Virus record (IMG/VR): IMGVR_UViG_3300032243_000455
Coordinates: 509 to 64,508 of that record
Source of the DNA: a virus
Taxonomy: Duplodnaviria; Caudoviricetes
Direction: 5' to 3' (one strand)
DNA: 64,000 nucleotides
Below, one piece after another: positions 8,781-17,766 of this stretch. The notes under the pieces were generated by a model, which saw only the letters and a program-made list of their open reading frames with translations, searched no databases and was not told the origin of the DNA. How positions within the stretch are numbered: the stretch's first letter is position 1; each line of letters starts with the position of its first letter. A program made the position numbers and the translations under genes.

Positions 8781-10410
8781 ATTGTTCTTTTAACCATTCA
8801 AAGTCATTAATTTTTGCTAATTCGCTAGGAGCATTTTGCCAACACAATCCAAAATATTTTCCTGCGGTGGCGCCGATAAGTGCTTCTTTGCTAAATTCAC
8901 CATGTGCAACTGTTATCCAGGTTTCAAGTCTATGTGCTGTTTCGTCATCGAGTTGACCATCAATAATTTTACTTGATAATTTGCAACATTCTCTAAAAGC
9001 ACTGCGCCATGTGCTAAAAGAATCGGTATTGAACATGGTGATGTTACTAACTTCCGGCATTGCTTTAAATGATTTACTGATGCTAGTAGTCATATCTGCA
9101 GAATTCACATCCATGTCTAATGTCATTTGACGAGGTAATAATTTCACGCCGCCGTATCCATATTCTAGATCATTAATAGGATTTCGACTTCTCCATACAT
9201 GAACAGTAGTAGTTAGCATACGCCTAGCATTGCTGCTATAATAGGGAATTTGTTCTACTGTAAAATCAAAATCATCCACTATCATAGCATCAGCATCAAC
9301 TACCCATAGCATTTCTGTTTCACATAGTTTTGCTGCTTCAATATGCGCTTGATGAATTCCTTTCACCCCGTGTATCCGTTTTGCTCTCGGAAACTTGGCA
9401 AGTAACTTATTATAATTTTCGTCTGCATTTACTTCGTTGTAACTGATAAAAATAATATCAAACGGTTTAGGTTGTGATGCTAATATATCAATTTCTTTTT
9501 TATTGTTTACAAAGAATCTATTATCGAATTCTTTTTTAGCTACTGTATGTTCTTTTGAAAAAATACAGATGCCATCAAAATATTCGCCATTTTTAAATAC
9601 ATGTGGTATATGCTGTTCATATTTAGGAACTTTATAATCAAATTTAAAATCATCGTTAACAACTACATCTTTCCATACTACCCAAAACATTTCTGTTTTA
9701 GAAGTTTCTTTAGCATCAAGATATTCATCGTATGTATCAATGTAGAAAATATTATACGGTGTCGGATATGATGCTAATATATCGATTTCTTTTTTGTCAT
9801 TTACAAAAAATCTATTATCGAATTCTTTTTTAGTAACAGTAACCGTTGTTGGAAAAATACAAATACCGTCGAAGAACTTTCCATTTTTAAATACGTGCGG
9901 AATGTGAGTATTGTACGCTGGCACTTGATAATCAAATTTAAAATTATCACAGATAATCACATCATTCCATACTACCCAAAACATATCGGTTGTAGATGCA
10001 GAGATAGTAGCTAGGTATTCATTATAGGAATTAATATAAAAGATATCGTATGGAATTGGCTTGGTTGCCACGATATCAATTTCTTTTTTATTGTTTACGA
10101 AAAATCGATTTTCAAATTCTCGTTGACTTACATCAGCAGATTTTGGAATTAAACAGATACCGTCAAAGTAATCGCCATTTTTAAATACATGAACATATTC
10201 GTTATCCCACTGTGTGGCTCTATATTCGTTTAAATTAAAATCCGGAGTTAAAATAAGATTGTCCCATACTACCCAAAACATTTTGGTAAAGGCACGCTTC
10301 CGAATATCAGATAAAGATATATTTTTTTCTAATCGTCGAGCACTAGGATAGATAGCTAGTAACGCATCCCATCTGTCGTTGGCATTTCCTAAGAAAAATA
10401 TATCATACAT
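8767..10410 (-). CDS. GT-A-like glycosyltransferase with three N-terminal degenerate repeats
   Basis: C-terminal domain FDIIFISYNE...HIEAAK...WVVDAD (DxD) is clearly paralogous to 10403..11314. Confidence 0.7.
   Translation of the reverse strand: MYDIFFLGNANDRWDALLAIYPSARRLEKNISLSDIRKRAFTKMFWVVWDNLILTPDFNLNEYRATQWDNEYVHVFKNGDYFDGICLIPKSADVSQREFENRFFVNNKKEIDIVATKPIPYDIFYINSYNEYLATISASTTDMFWVVWNDVIICDNFKFDYQVPAYNTHIPHVFKNGKFFDGICIFPTTVTVTKKEFDNRFFVNDKKEIDILASYPTPYNIFYIDTYDEYLDAKETSKTEMFWVVWKDVVVNDDFKFDYKVPKYEQHIPHVFKNGEYFDGICIFSKEHTVAKKEFDNRFFVNNKKEIDILASQPKPFDIIFISYNEVNADENYNKLLAKFPRAKRIHGVKGIHQAHIEAAKLCETEMLWVVDADAMIVDDFDFTVEQIPYYSSNARRMLTTTVHVWRSRNPINDLEYGYGGVKLLPRQMTLDMDVNSADMTTSISKSFKAMPEVSNITMFNTDSFSTWRSAFRECCKLSSKIIDGQLDDETAHRLETWITVAHGEFSKEALIGATAGKYFGLCWQNAPSELAKINDFEWLKEQYEIQ
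9400..10290 (-). repeat. Three tandem ~98-codon (294-nt period) intragenic repeats
   Basis: MFWVVW...HVFKNG..FDGIC...RFFVN.KKEIDI occurs three times; the matching DNA word ATATC(A/G) sits at 9485, 9779 and 10073. Confidence 0.95.
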
Positions 10411-11314
10411 TTTCTGGTATTCTGTAATAAGTAGCGTTTAGATTTAGAGTTTCATTATATAAATCAAGGGTGTACTTACTTTGTACAGCGTCCAGATAAG
10501 GCCAGTGTAATCCTAGACCTAATTTAATTTTTTCGCCTAACGATTTAATTTCTTCTACTAGACCAGTTCCACCAACTTCTTCAAAAGGTCGACCGTACTG
10601 ATTCCATATACCTTCTAGGATTTCAAAATCTCTAACTTCTATATAATTCCATTGTGTACAGTTTGCCAACCATGTACCGAGTCTTGCTCCATATACGGCA
10701 TAGAGACCGTTTTCTTCATGAGCACCGACCGTTGACCACAGGCGCAGTCTATGAATATTATGCCACCAAATACGTTCTTGTATTTCGCCGGGTGGTACTT
10801 TGACTCCGTCTAATAGGGTCATTTTAACACCTTCGCGGAATCCTGCTCTCCATGCTTGAAATGGACTTCCGGTAATAATGCTATCACTGTAACTTACAGG
10901 AAAATTGCGATAGCCCTCTTCCCAACAAAAATCAACCTGGCCGCGATCGCTTTCGCTAGCTTCATGCGTTTTCATAGCAAGGACAAAATCCTTTTTCCAG
11001 ATTTTTAATCCTCCATTGCCGTAACGCAATCCGTTGATAACATTACGGCCGCACCATCCATAGACTTGTATCTTGGGATCATCCATTTTAAGTTCAATAT
11101 TAAAAAACTTAGGATCTACGATATTGTCAGCATCCACAGTAACGAACCATTCAGTTTCGCTTAACGCTGCTGCGGCTTTGTGAGCAGCGTCACTACCTTT
11201 AACTCCGTGTACACGCTTTGCCCAAGGCACTTTATTGCACAAGTCTGCATAATTCTTTTCAGCATTAGGTTCATCATAGCTGAGAAAAATTACATCAAAT
11301 TCTATTACTTTCAT
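10403..11314 (-). CDS. GT-A-like glycosyltransferase
   Basis: FDVIFLSYDE...HKAAA...FVTVDADN (DxD motif after a beta strand). Confidence 0.7.
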   Translation of the reverse strand: MKVIEFDVIFLSYDEPNAEKNYADLCNKVPWAKRVHGVKGSDAAHKAAAALSETEWFVTVDADNIVDPKFFNIELKMDDPKIQVYGWCGRNVINGLRYGNGGLKIWKKDFVLAMKTHEASESDRGQVDFCWEEGYRNFPVSYSDSIITGSPFQAWRAGFREGVKMTLLDGVKVPPGEIQERIWWHNIHRLRLWSTVGAHEENGLYAVYGARLGTWLANCTQWNYIEVRDFEILEGIWNQYGRPFEEVGGTGLVEEIKSLGEKIKLGLGLHWPYLDAVQSKYTLDLYNETLNLNATYYRIPENV

Positions 11315-11892
11315 TTTGTGTCAAATAGATAAACAGGAAATAAGCGTTTGGTGTAGATACTAAATTTTTTAGACAAATCAAGATCTGTAATAATCTGTGG
11401 AGCTGATACTAATTCATCGACTGTGAATTTAATAGCATGTCTTACAATATTAGGATCGTTGTATTCAGTTATTAGGAATGTCATTTCGGTTGAGCCGTCC
11501 CAATGGATTTTTCTTTTCTTGTATTTTTCAGATAATTCAAACGTGAGTGAGTTGTTATCTCGAATAACCATTAGGTCCGCTGTTAATAACCCTGAATAAG
11601 ATTTATCCATAATCCTGTGCAATACATCATCAATTTTTGTAAGACGCTTAATTTCGGCAATTTCAAATTTTCCCGAACTCATATCAACGAAACAGGAATT
11701 TAAACTAATCTTACCGTCGGTAATCAAATGTGCTGTTTCATGATCGATTTCAACACATTGCACATCCTCTGGCAATGCTGTTGAAGGATAAACACCCATT
11801 ACGTCGCCAGTGGCTACGTTAAACGATGCATAGAATTTTATTTCGGGTGGCTTATAATTTGCTAGCCATTCGTCAAAGTCTATTTCTGCCAT
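11311..11892 (-). CDS. Hypothetical protein (193 aa)
   Basis: ORF coupled on both sides within the operon. Confidence 0.8.
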   Translation of the reverse strand: MAEIDFDEWLANYKPPEIKFYASFNVATGDVMGVYPSTALPEDVQCVEIDHETAHLITDGKISLNSCFVDMSSGKFEIAEIKRLTKIDDVLHRIMDKSYSGLLTADLMVIRDNNSLTFELSEKYKKRKIHWDGSTEMTFLITEYNDPNIVRHAIKFTVDELVSAPQIITDLDLSKKFSIYTKRLFPVYLFDTK

Positions 11893-12719
11893 AATTTTTC
11901 TTCCTGTATATTAATAATTTCATCTGTAATTAATTGCTTTTCTACATAGTGAACAATATCGGTTTGTTTAAAATTTCCAATCTTAATTTCATTATCTACA
12001 TTGAAATAGAATCCAACATGATCAGTCCACGAATCTGCCGGCCATGGCCAATTTTGTACCATAGGTTTCATATGTACTACTTTTGGAAATTCTAAAGGGT
12101 ACGCAATTTCATCACCGATATCTAAAATTTTTGCTGCTAACGCAAATGCTTCATCAGTTCCAACTACCCTAGGTTTAAAATCTGGAAAAAATACATTTTT
12201 AAATTCCGTAGGATTTTTAATAATGTATCTGCCCAAAGTAAAAAACTCTTTTGCTAATTCTGAATCTTTCTTGAAAAAAGTATAAAAGGAATACAAATTA
12301 GGTAAATTATTTTTAGTAAATGCTGTACGATAAAAATCATTAGTAACAACTTCACCCCGATAGGTATAAGATTTATTTGCTACATACAACTCACTGTTTT
12401 CAATAAAATATTCTGCCCAATGGCTTACATCTCGTGTAAACAACATATCTGCATCTAAGCATACGGTATAATCAAAAGGACTTAATTGATCCATCCAGCT
12501 GCGTCCATCCCAGAACGTTTCTTTATCCCATTCGATTACATGGTCAAACACCCAAGACGAAGTTAATTTATCCACCGCTTCTTTGTCATCGGTTACTAAT
12601 GCAATATTATTAAATCCATCTTTCTGTGTATTTTTAATACTCAATGCTAGAGAATATGCCAACTTAGTATAGTCAACTTCGTCATTTTTTGCAATGATAA
12701 TTAGATACCCGAAAGTCAT
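11880..12719 (-). CDS. GT8-like glycosyltransferase
   Basis: AYSLALSIK...TVCLDADMLF (DxD) and a C-terminal VHY, the pattern of GT8/glycogenin-like GT-A enzymes. Confidence 0.65.
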   Translation of the reverse strand: MTFGYLIIIAKNDEVDYTKLAYSLALSIKNTQKDGFNNIALVTDDKEAVDKLTSSWVFDHVIEWDKETFWDGRSWMDQLSPFDYTVCLDADMLFTRDVSHWAEYFIENSELYVANKSYTYRGEVVTNDFYRTAFTKNNLPNLYSFYTFFKKDSELAKEFFTLGRYIIKNPTEFKNVFFPDFKPRVVGTDEAFALAAKILDIGDEIAYPLEFPKVVHMKPMVQNWPWPADSWTDHVGFYFNVDNEIKIGNFKQTDIVHYVEKQLITDEIINIQEEKLWQK

Positions 12720-13576
12720 ATTAACTCCAACAATTTTTCTTTATTTCTAATAATGCTTTGTTTGTTCATAATATGTACATCTGTATTTTTAATTGCGCAT
12801 ACCTGATATTTTCCCTCAGTCAGCGGCCCTGCTATTAAAAATAACAATTTGTCATCATCAACATTCCAAAGCATATCACGATCTATAACAGTTAATAGTG
12901 GAGGCAATGTTTTACTTAGATTAGTTTCAAATCCGTCTAAAAAATGTTTTGCAACACTGAATGCAATATCATTTCTATATTGGCGAGTATCAAATCTATA
13001 GACATCACTATATTGATTATAGTTGATTTTAATATCTTTTACAAGCTCAAAAAACAATTTACTTTCTTTATTTTTGGTAAACATAACATTAGTCGCCCAA
13101 AATAAATGTACTCCGGTTTCTGAAACATTTTTATCTAGATATCCGATTCGATCACCTCGAATATCATTCATCGATTGAGAAATCATTACACTAGAATCTA
13201 GATCCCAGTAGTTGTTTAGTTGATCGGAAAAAATTAAGTAGTCGCTATCTAGTAATAGTGTTTGATCGTATGGGGTTAAGTCCCATGCATCGGCACGAGT
13301 CGAATTGATGAATGGGATTGTTTTTGAATCTGTGCCGTCATTTAATCGACGAACATTGCCGGTAACTGGCCTATCAACAATTGTAATTTTTTCAAATACG
13401 GAATTAGCCTTATCCCAAATATTTGATTCGTGCATCCATTCTAATGTTGACTCGTCAGTAATTAATGTTAACGGAATATTGAGGTGTTTTTTGGCTAGGC
13501 CGCCAGATATGACCGCTAACAATGCGTAGTCGATATCTCGACTATTATGAGCAAATATTAGGCCGCCTCGAGTCAT
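12716..13576 (-). CDS. GT8-like glycosyltransferase, paralogue of 11880..12719
   Basis: PYDQTLLLDSDYL (DxD), RND.AFS, HIMNK. Confidence 0.65.
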   Translation of the reverse strand: MTRGGLIFAHNSRDIDYALLAVISGGLAKKHLNIPLTLITDESTLEWMHESNIWDKANSVFEKITIVDRPVTGNVRRLNDGTDSKTIPFINSTRADAWDLTPYDQTLLLDSDYLIFSDQLNNYWDLDSSVMISQSMNDIRGDRIGYLDKNVSETGVHLFWATNVMFTKNKESKLFFELVKDIKINYNQYSDVYRFDTRQYRNDIAFSVAKHFLDGFETNLSKTLPPLLTVIDRDMLWNVDDDKLLFLIAGPLTEGKYQVCAIKNTDVHIMNKQSIIRNKEKLLELI

Positions 13577-13923
13577 AGGTCGACCAATGTTTCTACAGTT
13601 CTACTTTTTTTAAGTTTATCGTATTCTTCTTGATACTCGTAGGTAGCTGTAAAATATCTATCTAAAATTTCGTCTTTGAATTTTACAAGATCTGCAATTA
13701 AAATTGGATTGTCGTTTGAATCAATCAACGGAACATTTGTTTTACGTTCTTGATCAATTAAGAATTGAACAAAACAAATTAATGTTTGATCAATTTTAAA
13801 AATTCCACCAGCATGCCCAAATGTCAATTTAGCAGCAATACGTTCTTTTAAAACCTTACGCTGAAGTGTAAGTGTTTGTTTATAATTTGAAAAATCAAGC
13901 GCATTGGCTAGAAGAGCTTCCAT
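13573..13923 (-). CDS. Hypothetical protein (116 aa), first gene of the enzyme operon
   Basis: Preceded by AGGAG and an ATAAATA motif. Confidence 0.8.
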   Translation of the reverse strand: MEALLANALDFSNYKQTLTLQRKVLKERIAAKLTFGHAGGIFKIDQTLICFVQFLIDQERKTNVPLIDSNDNPILIADLVKFKDEILDRYFTATYEYQEEYDKLKKSRTVETLVDL

Positions 13924-13949
13924 TTATTTCTCCTATAATATAGTCAGTT

Positions 13950-13956
13950 TATTTAT
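13950..13956 (-). promoter_or_regulatory. Late promoter motif ATAAATA heading the rSAM/GT operon
   Basis: Intergenic ATAAATA upstream of AGGAG and ATG 13923. Confidence 0.6.
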
Positions 13957-13982
13957 TGCCTTAACTAACTTGGAGAAATATT

Positions 13983-14888
13983 TTAAGAGTAGGTGGGGGC
14001 CACGATATAGAACGAATTTGCTACTAAATTAGGATATAGTGCGCCGACTGCTCGAATATGGGAAGATGTAAATTGTATTGTTCCGCGAACAATGCCGTCG
14101 GGTGGGTTATCTGTAGCTGGGTGGCCTGATGCCACATCAGGGTCAACATACCCATCAGTATAAACAGCAGTAATTATTACCTGTGTAGCACCACCGGATG
14201 AGTTATTACCAATATCGCATCGTGCATATAATTTCCAATTGTTAGCTGCATATGTACTTGTAGAACTTACAATAAAAAATTGTTGGTTAGTACTAGTTAA
14301 TGTATAAAAATTAGTCGAAGGAGTATTACCACCAAAAACAATAGTGCCGGCTCCTGCCAAGGTATCACGCCATGCATTGTTTTGTTGGGTGCTCGTCGAT
14401 GGTGTAAACGATGAAGTAAATCGAAGTTTGCCGCCAGAATTGAAAAAATATCTGGCGGCGGCGGCATTTACAAAAGTTGCGGTAATTGTTAACGAAACAG
14501 AATCGGCCCAATCGCTTGAGTAAGTTTTCGATGTCCCGCCTTCAACAGCATACTGACCTGCAGCAATGTCAAATTTATTTGTAGCAGCCTGTGTAGCTAA
14601 TGTAAGATATTGATAGTTTGGTTCGGCTGCATTGTAGACAATAGTGTCTCCCTCATTGACCGTTTTAATTGTCGGTAATGCCCCTGTTTGGTGTACAATA
14701 CTATTGACAATATCAAATCGTAAATTGTCCCATTGTGTTTTGGTTACAGAATCACCAAGCACGGCGGCGGTAGCTGCGGCGGCAGTTTGACCGTACCCAG
14801 TATTTCCCGAACCTGTAGATATGATAGGATTGATAATATTTCGTATATTGTTATAATCTGGTACGCTAATTATATCATAAACTGCCAT
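13983..14888 (-). CDS. Putative virion structural protein (fibre/baseplate-associated), paralogue of 14918..15871
   Basis: T/S/A/G-rich; shares YN.IR..I...GYGQ...T..QWD.LR.DI.N and ARYF.N.GG..RF.SS with its neighbour. Confidence 0.65.
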   Translation of the reverse strand: MAVYDIISVPDYNNIRNIINPIISTGSGNTGYGQTAAAATAAVLGDSVTKTQWDNLRFDIVNSIVHQTGALPTIKTVNEGDTIVYNAAEPNYQYLTLATQAATNKFDIAAGQYAVEGGTSKTYSSDWADSVSLTITATFVNAAAARYFFNSGGKLRFTSSFTPSTSTQQNNAWRDTLAGAGTIVFGGNTPSTNFYTLTSTNQQFFIVSSTSTYAANNWKLYARCDIGNNSSGGATQVIITAVYTDGYVDPDVASGHPATDNPPDGIVRGTIQFTSSHIRAVGALYPNLVANSFYIVAPTYS

Positions 14889-14906
14889 GGGTGTCCTCCA
14901 ACTTGA

Positions 14907-14913
14907 TATTTAC
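14907..14913 (-). promoter_or_regulatory. Late promoter variant GTAAATA
   Basis: Intergenic, upstream of GGAGG and ATG 14888. Confidence 0.45.
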
Positions 14914-14917
14914 GTAA

Positions 14918-15871
14918 TTAGGAGCCGCTAATGGCAGAAACTGAGTAGGTAGGAGGTGTAATGGCAAAATTTCCAGAGCCTGTAGGTAATAATGTGCCGG
15001 CTGCTCGAATTTCGGTCGTATTAAGAGTTAATGTTCCGTCTACAGTATCGCCTGGCGGGACTTCGGGTCCTGAATCTACATACCCGTCAACCCACTGAAT
15101 ATTAAATGTATATATTCTTCCTGTACCTGTAGAATTATTAGCAACATCTACCTTGGCCTGTAATCTAAATTTATTATTAGAGTACGGAGAAGATGCTGAA
15201 TTTTCATAATATGTTTGAAAAGAATTTGTTAAGGTATAAACTCCTACGCCCGTGGGTGTTACAGTTCGATTATTAAAATCTTGATTTCCTACCGCAGTTA
15301 ACAATCTTGTCCATGCAGTATTTTGATCTAGTGCTGTGCCGCCTGATCTAGAAGAGCTAAATCTAATTACGCCGCCCGCATTCCAAAAATATCTTGCTTG
15401 ATCTGAAGTTGCAAATGTCATAGTTAATTGACAAGAAACAGAATTAGCCCAAGCTGTAGATCTTGTAACAGCGGCAATTGGTGTTCTAGTTATCGATTGG
15501 GTGGTTGCTATTCTATATCGATTACTTGTAACTGTATCAGCAGTCGTATTATATTGGTAATTAGGTTGAGATGACCCATACCTGATAGGATCGGCCTGTG
15601 AAACAACGATCAAATCCGGTATTGTATCCAATTGATGCACATGCGCATTGATGATATCCCATCTCAAATCATCCCATTGTGCTTTTGTTATTTTTCTTTT
15701 TTCAAGAACAGGATCAGCTGCATTTACAGCACTACTATTTAATTGTTGGCCGTAACCAAAATCGGCAGTTACGCCGTTGCCTACACCACCAATACCCATC
15801 ACATTAGAAATTTTTGTTCTAATGGTATTGTAGTCTGATGCTGATATAATTACTCCGACGCCTGCTGCCAT
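14918..15871 (-). CDS. Putative virion structural protein, paralogue of 13983..14888
   Basis: Shared motifs as above; preceded by AAGGA. Confidence 0.65.
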   Translation of the reverse strand: MAAGVGVIISASDYNTIRTKISNVMGIGGVGNGVTADFGYGQQLNSSAVNAADPVLEKRKITKAQWDDLRWDIINAHVHQLDTIPDLIVVSQADPIRYGSSQPNYQYNTTADTVTSNRYRIATTQSITRTPIAAVTRSTAWANSVSCQLTMTFATSDQARYFWNAGGVIRFSSSRSGGTALDQNTAWTRLLTAVGNQDFNNRTVTPTGVGVYTLTNSFQTYYENSASSPYSNNKFRLQAKVDVANNSTGTGRIYTFNIQWVDGYVDSGPEVPPGDTVDGTLTLNTTEIRAAGTLLPTGSGNFAITPPTYSVSAISGS

Positions 15872-15880
15872 TTTTATTCC

Positions 15881-17725
15881 TTATAGTATCACTGATTCTA
15901 CTAATTTAACACCTGCATCGTCACTTGATTCTAATGCAATTGCAAATGTATCTAAACGATCGGTAGCGGCTTTTGCACACCCCCAGTCAGTTGCAACTAA
16001 TCTGTCACCTTTTTGAACCATACCAATTACCTTGACTGGCACGCGACCTTTAAGAGCAATATACGTACCACCTTCTAGATCCTTATTCATCATAAGCGCA
16101 GGATTTGCGCTAACTGCACCAATCGCTAGGTCACCATAAGAGCTCGCAGTAACTTCTTTTTCACCGCCAACTACTACAACTGTGCCAACTTCATATTCTT
16201 TATCTGCAAGATACTTTTCTGCTAAGTCAGCATATCTTGCTGCAAGAGCTGTGCCGTCAAATATTTCTGCATGCAATGTGCCAGCGCCGTCTCGGACTGC
16301 TATTGTATTAAAACTATTCACTGTTGATGCAGTTCTATAAGAACCGCTAACATTGAGTGTGTCTGCCTGTGTAGCTGTACCAATAAATGATGTTGCATTA
16401 ATGTTACCACTAGTATCTCTAACGACTACCGTTGATGCTACAGCGGCAACATTAGGACTATAAGTTCCTAATTTCTTAGCAGTTCCTGCTTCACCAGAGA
16501 CATCACCAGAGACATCACCATACACTGTTGTACGAAGAAGGGGCGATCCTAGCTGTCCATAAAATATTTTATTTGTGGCATCAAATGCCTGAGTGCCGTT
16601 GTTAGCATTAATATTGGCTGTTAACACTCTCGATGTGCTATTTAATATCGGGGTTGCTGCTGGATTTGTTAATTCAACAATATTTCCGTTTAATACACCA
16701 TACAGGTTAGAAGCATGTACTTCTTTCCACACATAACTGGTACTACCGACTGTGCCGCCTAGATTTAAATTGCCGGAAATAGCAGGAAAAATTCCTGTTG
16801 ATCGTATTTTATAAAGATTTAAACTAGTACTATCATTTATTTTAAATCTAAGCGTTATAGGTGAGTTCGGTTGACGCTGCTCGATTACGATTTGATCTTC
16901 ATCGCGATTTGGATCGCCGCCTGTGCTTGCAGCGAATGGATCTTGACTTTCTTTATGGACTAGTAATTCTTTACCAGCGCCTAGATAAAAACCATTATCG
17001 TTTCTAAACCATGCCTGCTCATCAAAATTTAAATCACCTTTTTGTAAAAATACCGATGCTTCAAGTCCGCCTAGTTTCAATGAGTTTGATGCTGTGCCCC
17101 AAAAATACTGCTGTGCGGCTGGTGTTGTTATTCCTGATGTTGCGTCTGTGTTAATTAGTGTAATTCCTTTTTTAACACGACTAAATCCAACTATAGGATT
17201 AATATTTCCAATAATAAAATCAACTTTACTTATAATTGCCAGGGTTACTCCGCCTGCCTGTAGTTCTACAATAGGCACAGGAGTACCTAATGTATCTTGA
17301 ATTGTTCTACTAATTGCGCCGCTGGCACCAGCCTCTGGTGCTGCTGCTGGTCCGATTAATACAAAATTTGTTCCAGACCATGTATAAAGCTGTTTAGATG
17401 TATCGTTGAACCATAAGTCGCCAGCTACCAATCCGGCCGGTGCAGTTGTACTAACGACTGCACCACTAGCTACCTTATATTGTGAACCATCATAAAATTT
17501 TAATTTTTTAGTAACGCTGTCATACCAAATTTGTCCAGCCACCGATTTAGGAGGAGCTGAAACACCTGCAAAACTTTCTAGCAAATGCAGGAAATTTTCG
17601 TTTTGAATTTCACCGTAACCTGCATAGTTTTTACCTACAAACCGCAGATCCGTTGTGGTATCAATAGTTCCGTCTTCTACAGATACTAAAAATGCTCCAT
17701 TATATCGATTAACTTGATACGCCAT
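15881..17725 (-). CDS. Tail fibre/spike with C-terminal intramolecular chaperone (Peptidase_G2-like)
   Basis: Shared fibre N-terminal domain (GKNY.GYGE..NENFLHLLE.FA...GQIWYD); C-terminal ARYADLAEKY.AD..YEVGTVV...GRVPVKV. Confidence 0.8.
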   Translation of the reverse strand: MAYQVNRYNGAFLVSVEDGTIDTTTDLRFVGKNYAGYGEIQNENFLHLLESFAGVSAPPKSVAGQIWYDSVTKKLKFYDGSQYKVASGAVVSTTAPAGLVAGDLWFNDTSKQLYTWSGTNFVLIGPAAAPEAGASGAISRTIQDTLGTPVPIVELQAGGVTLAIISKVDFIIGNINPIVGFSRVKKGITLINTDATSGITTPAAQQYFWGTASNSLKLGGLEASVFLQKGDLNFDEQAWFRNDNGFYLGAGKELLVHKESQDPFAASTGGDPNRDEDQIVIEQRQPNSPITLRFKINDSTSLNLYKIRSTGIFPAISGNLNLGGTVGSTSYVWKEVHASNLYGVLNGNIVELTNPAATPILNSTSRVLTANINANNGTQAFDATNKIFYGQLGSPLLRTTVYGDVSGDVSGEAGTAKKLGTYSPNVAAVASTVVVRDTSGNINATSFIGTATQADTLNVSGSYRTASTVNSFNTIAVRDGAGTLHAEIFDGTALAARYADLAEKYLADKEYEVGTVVVVGGEKEVTASSYGDLAIGAVSANPALMMNKDLEGGTYIALKGRVPVKVIGMVQKGDRLVATDWGCAKAATDRLDTFAIALESSDDAGVKLVESVIL

Positions 17726-17748
17726 TACTTTGCTCCATTATCTATTGT

Positions 17749-17755
17749 TATTTAT
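17749..17755 (-). promoter_or_regulatory. Late promoter motif ATAAATA
   Basis: Intergenic, upstream of GGAG and ATG 17725. Confidence 0.55.
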
Positions 17756-17766
17756 CTGAACCTTTT

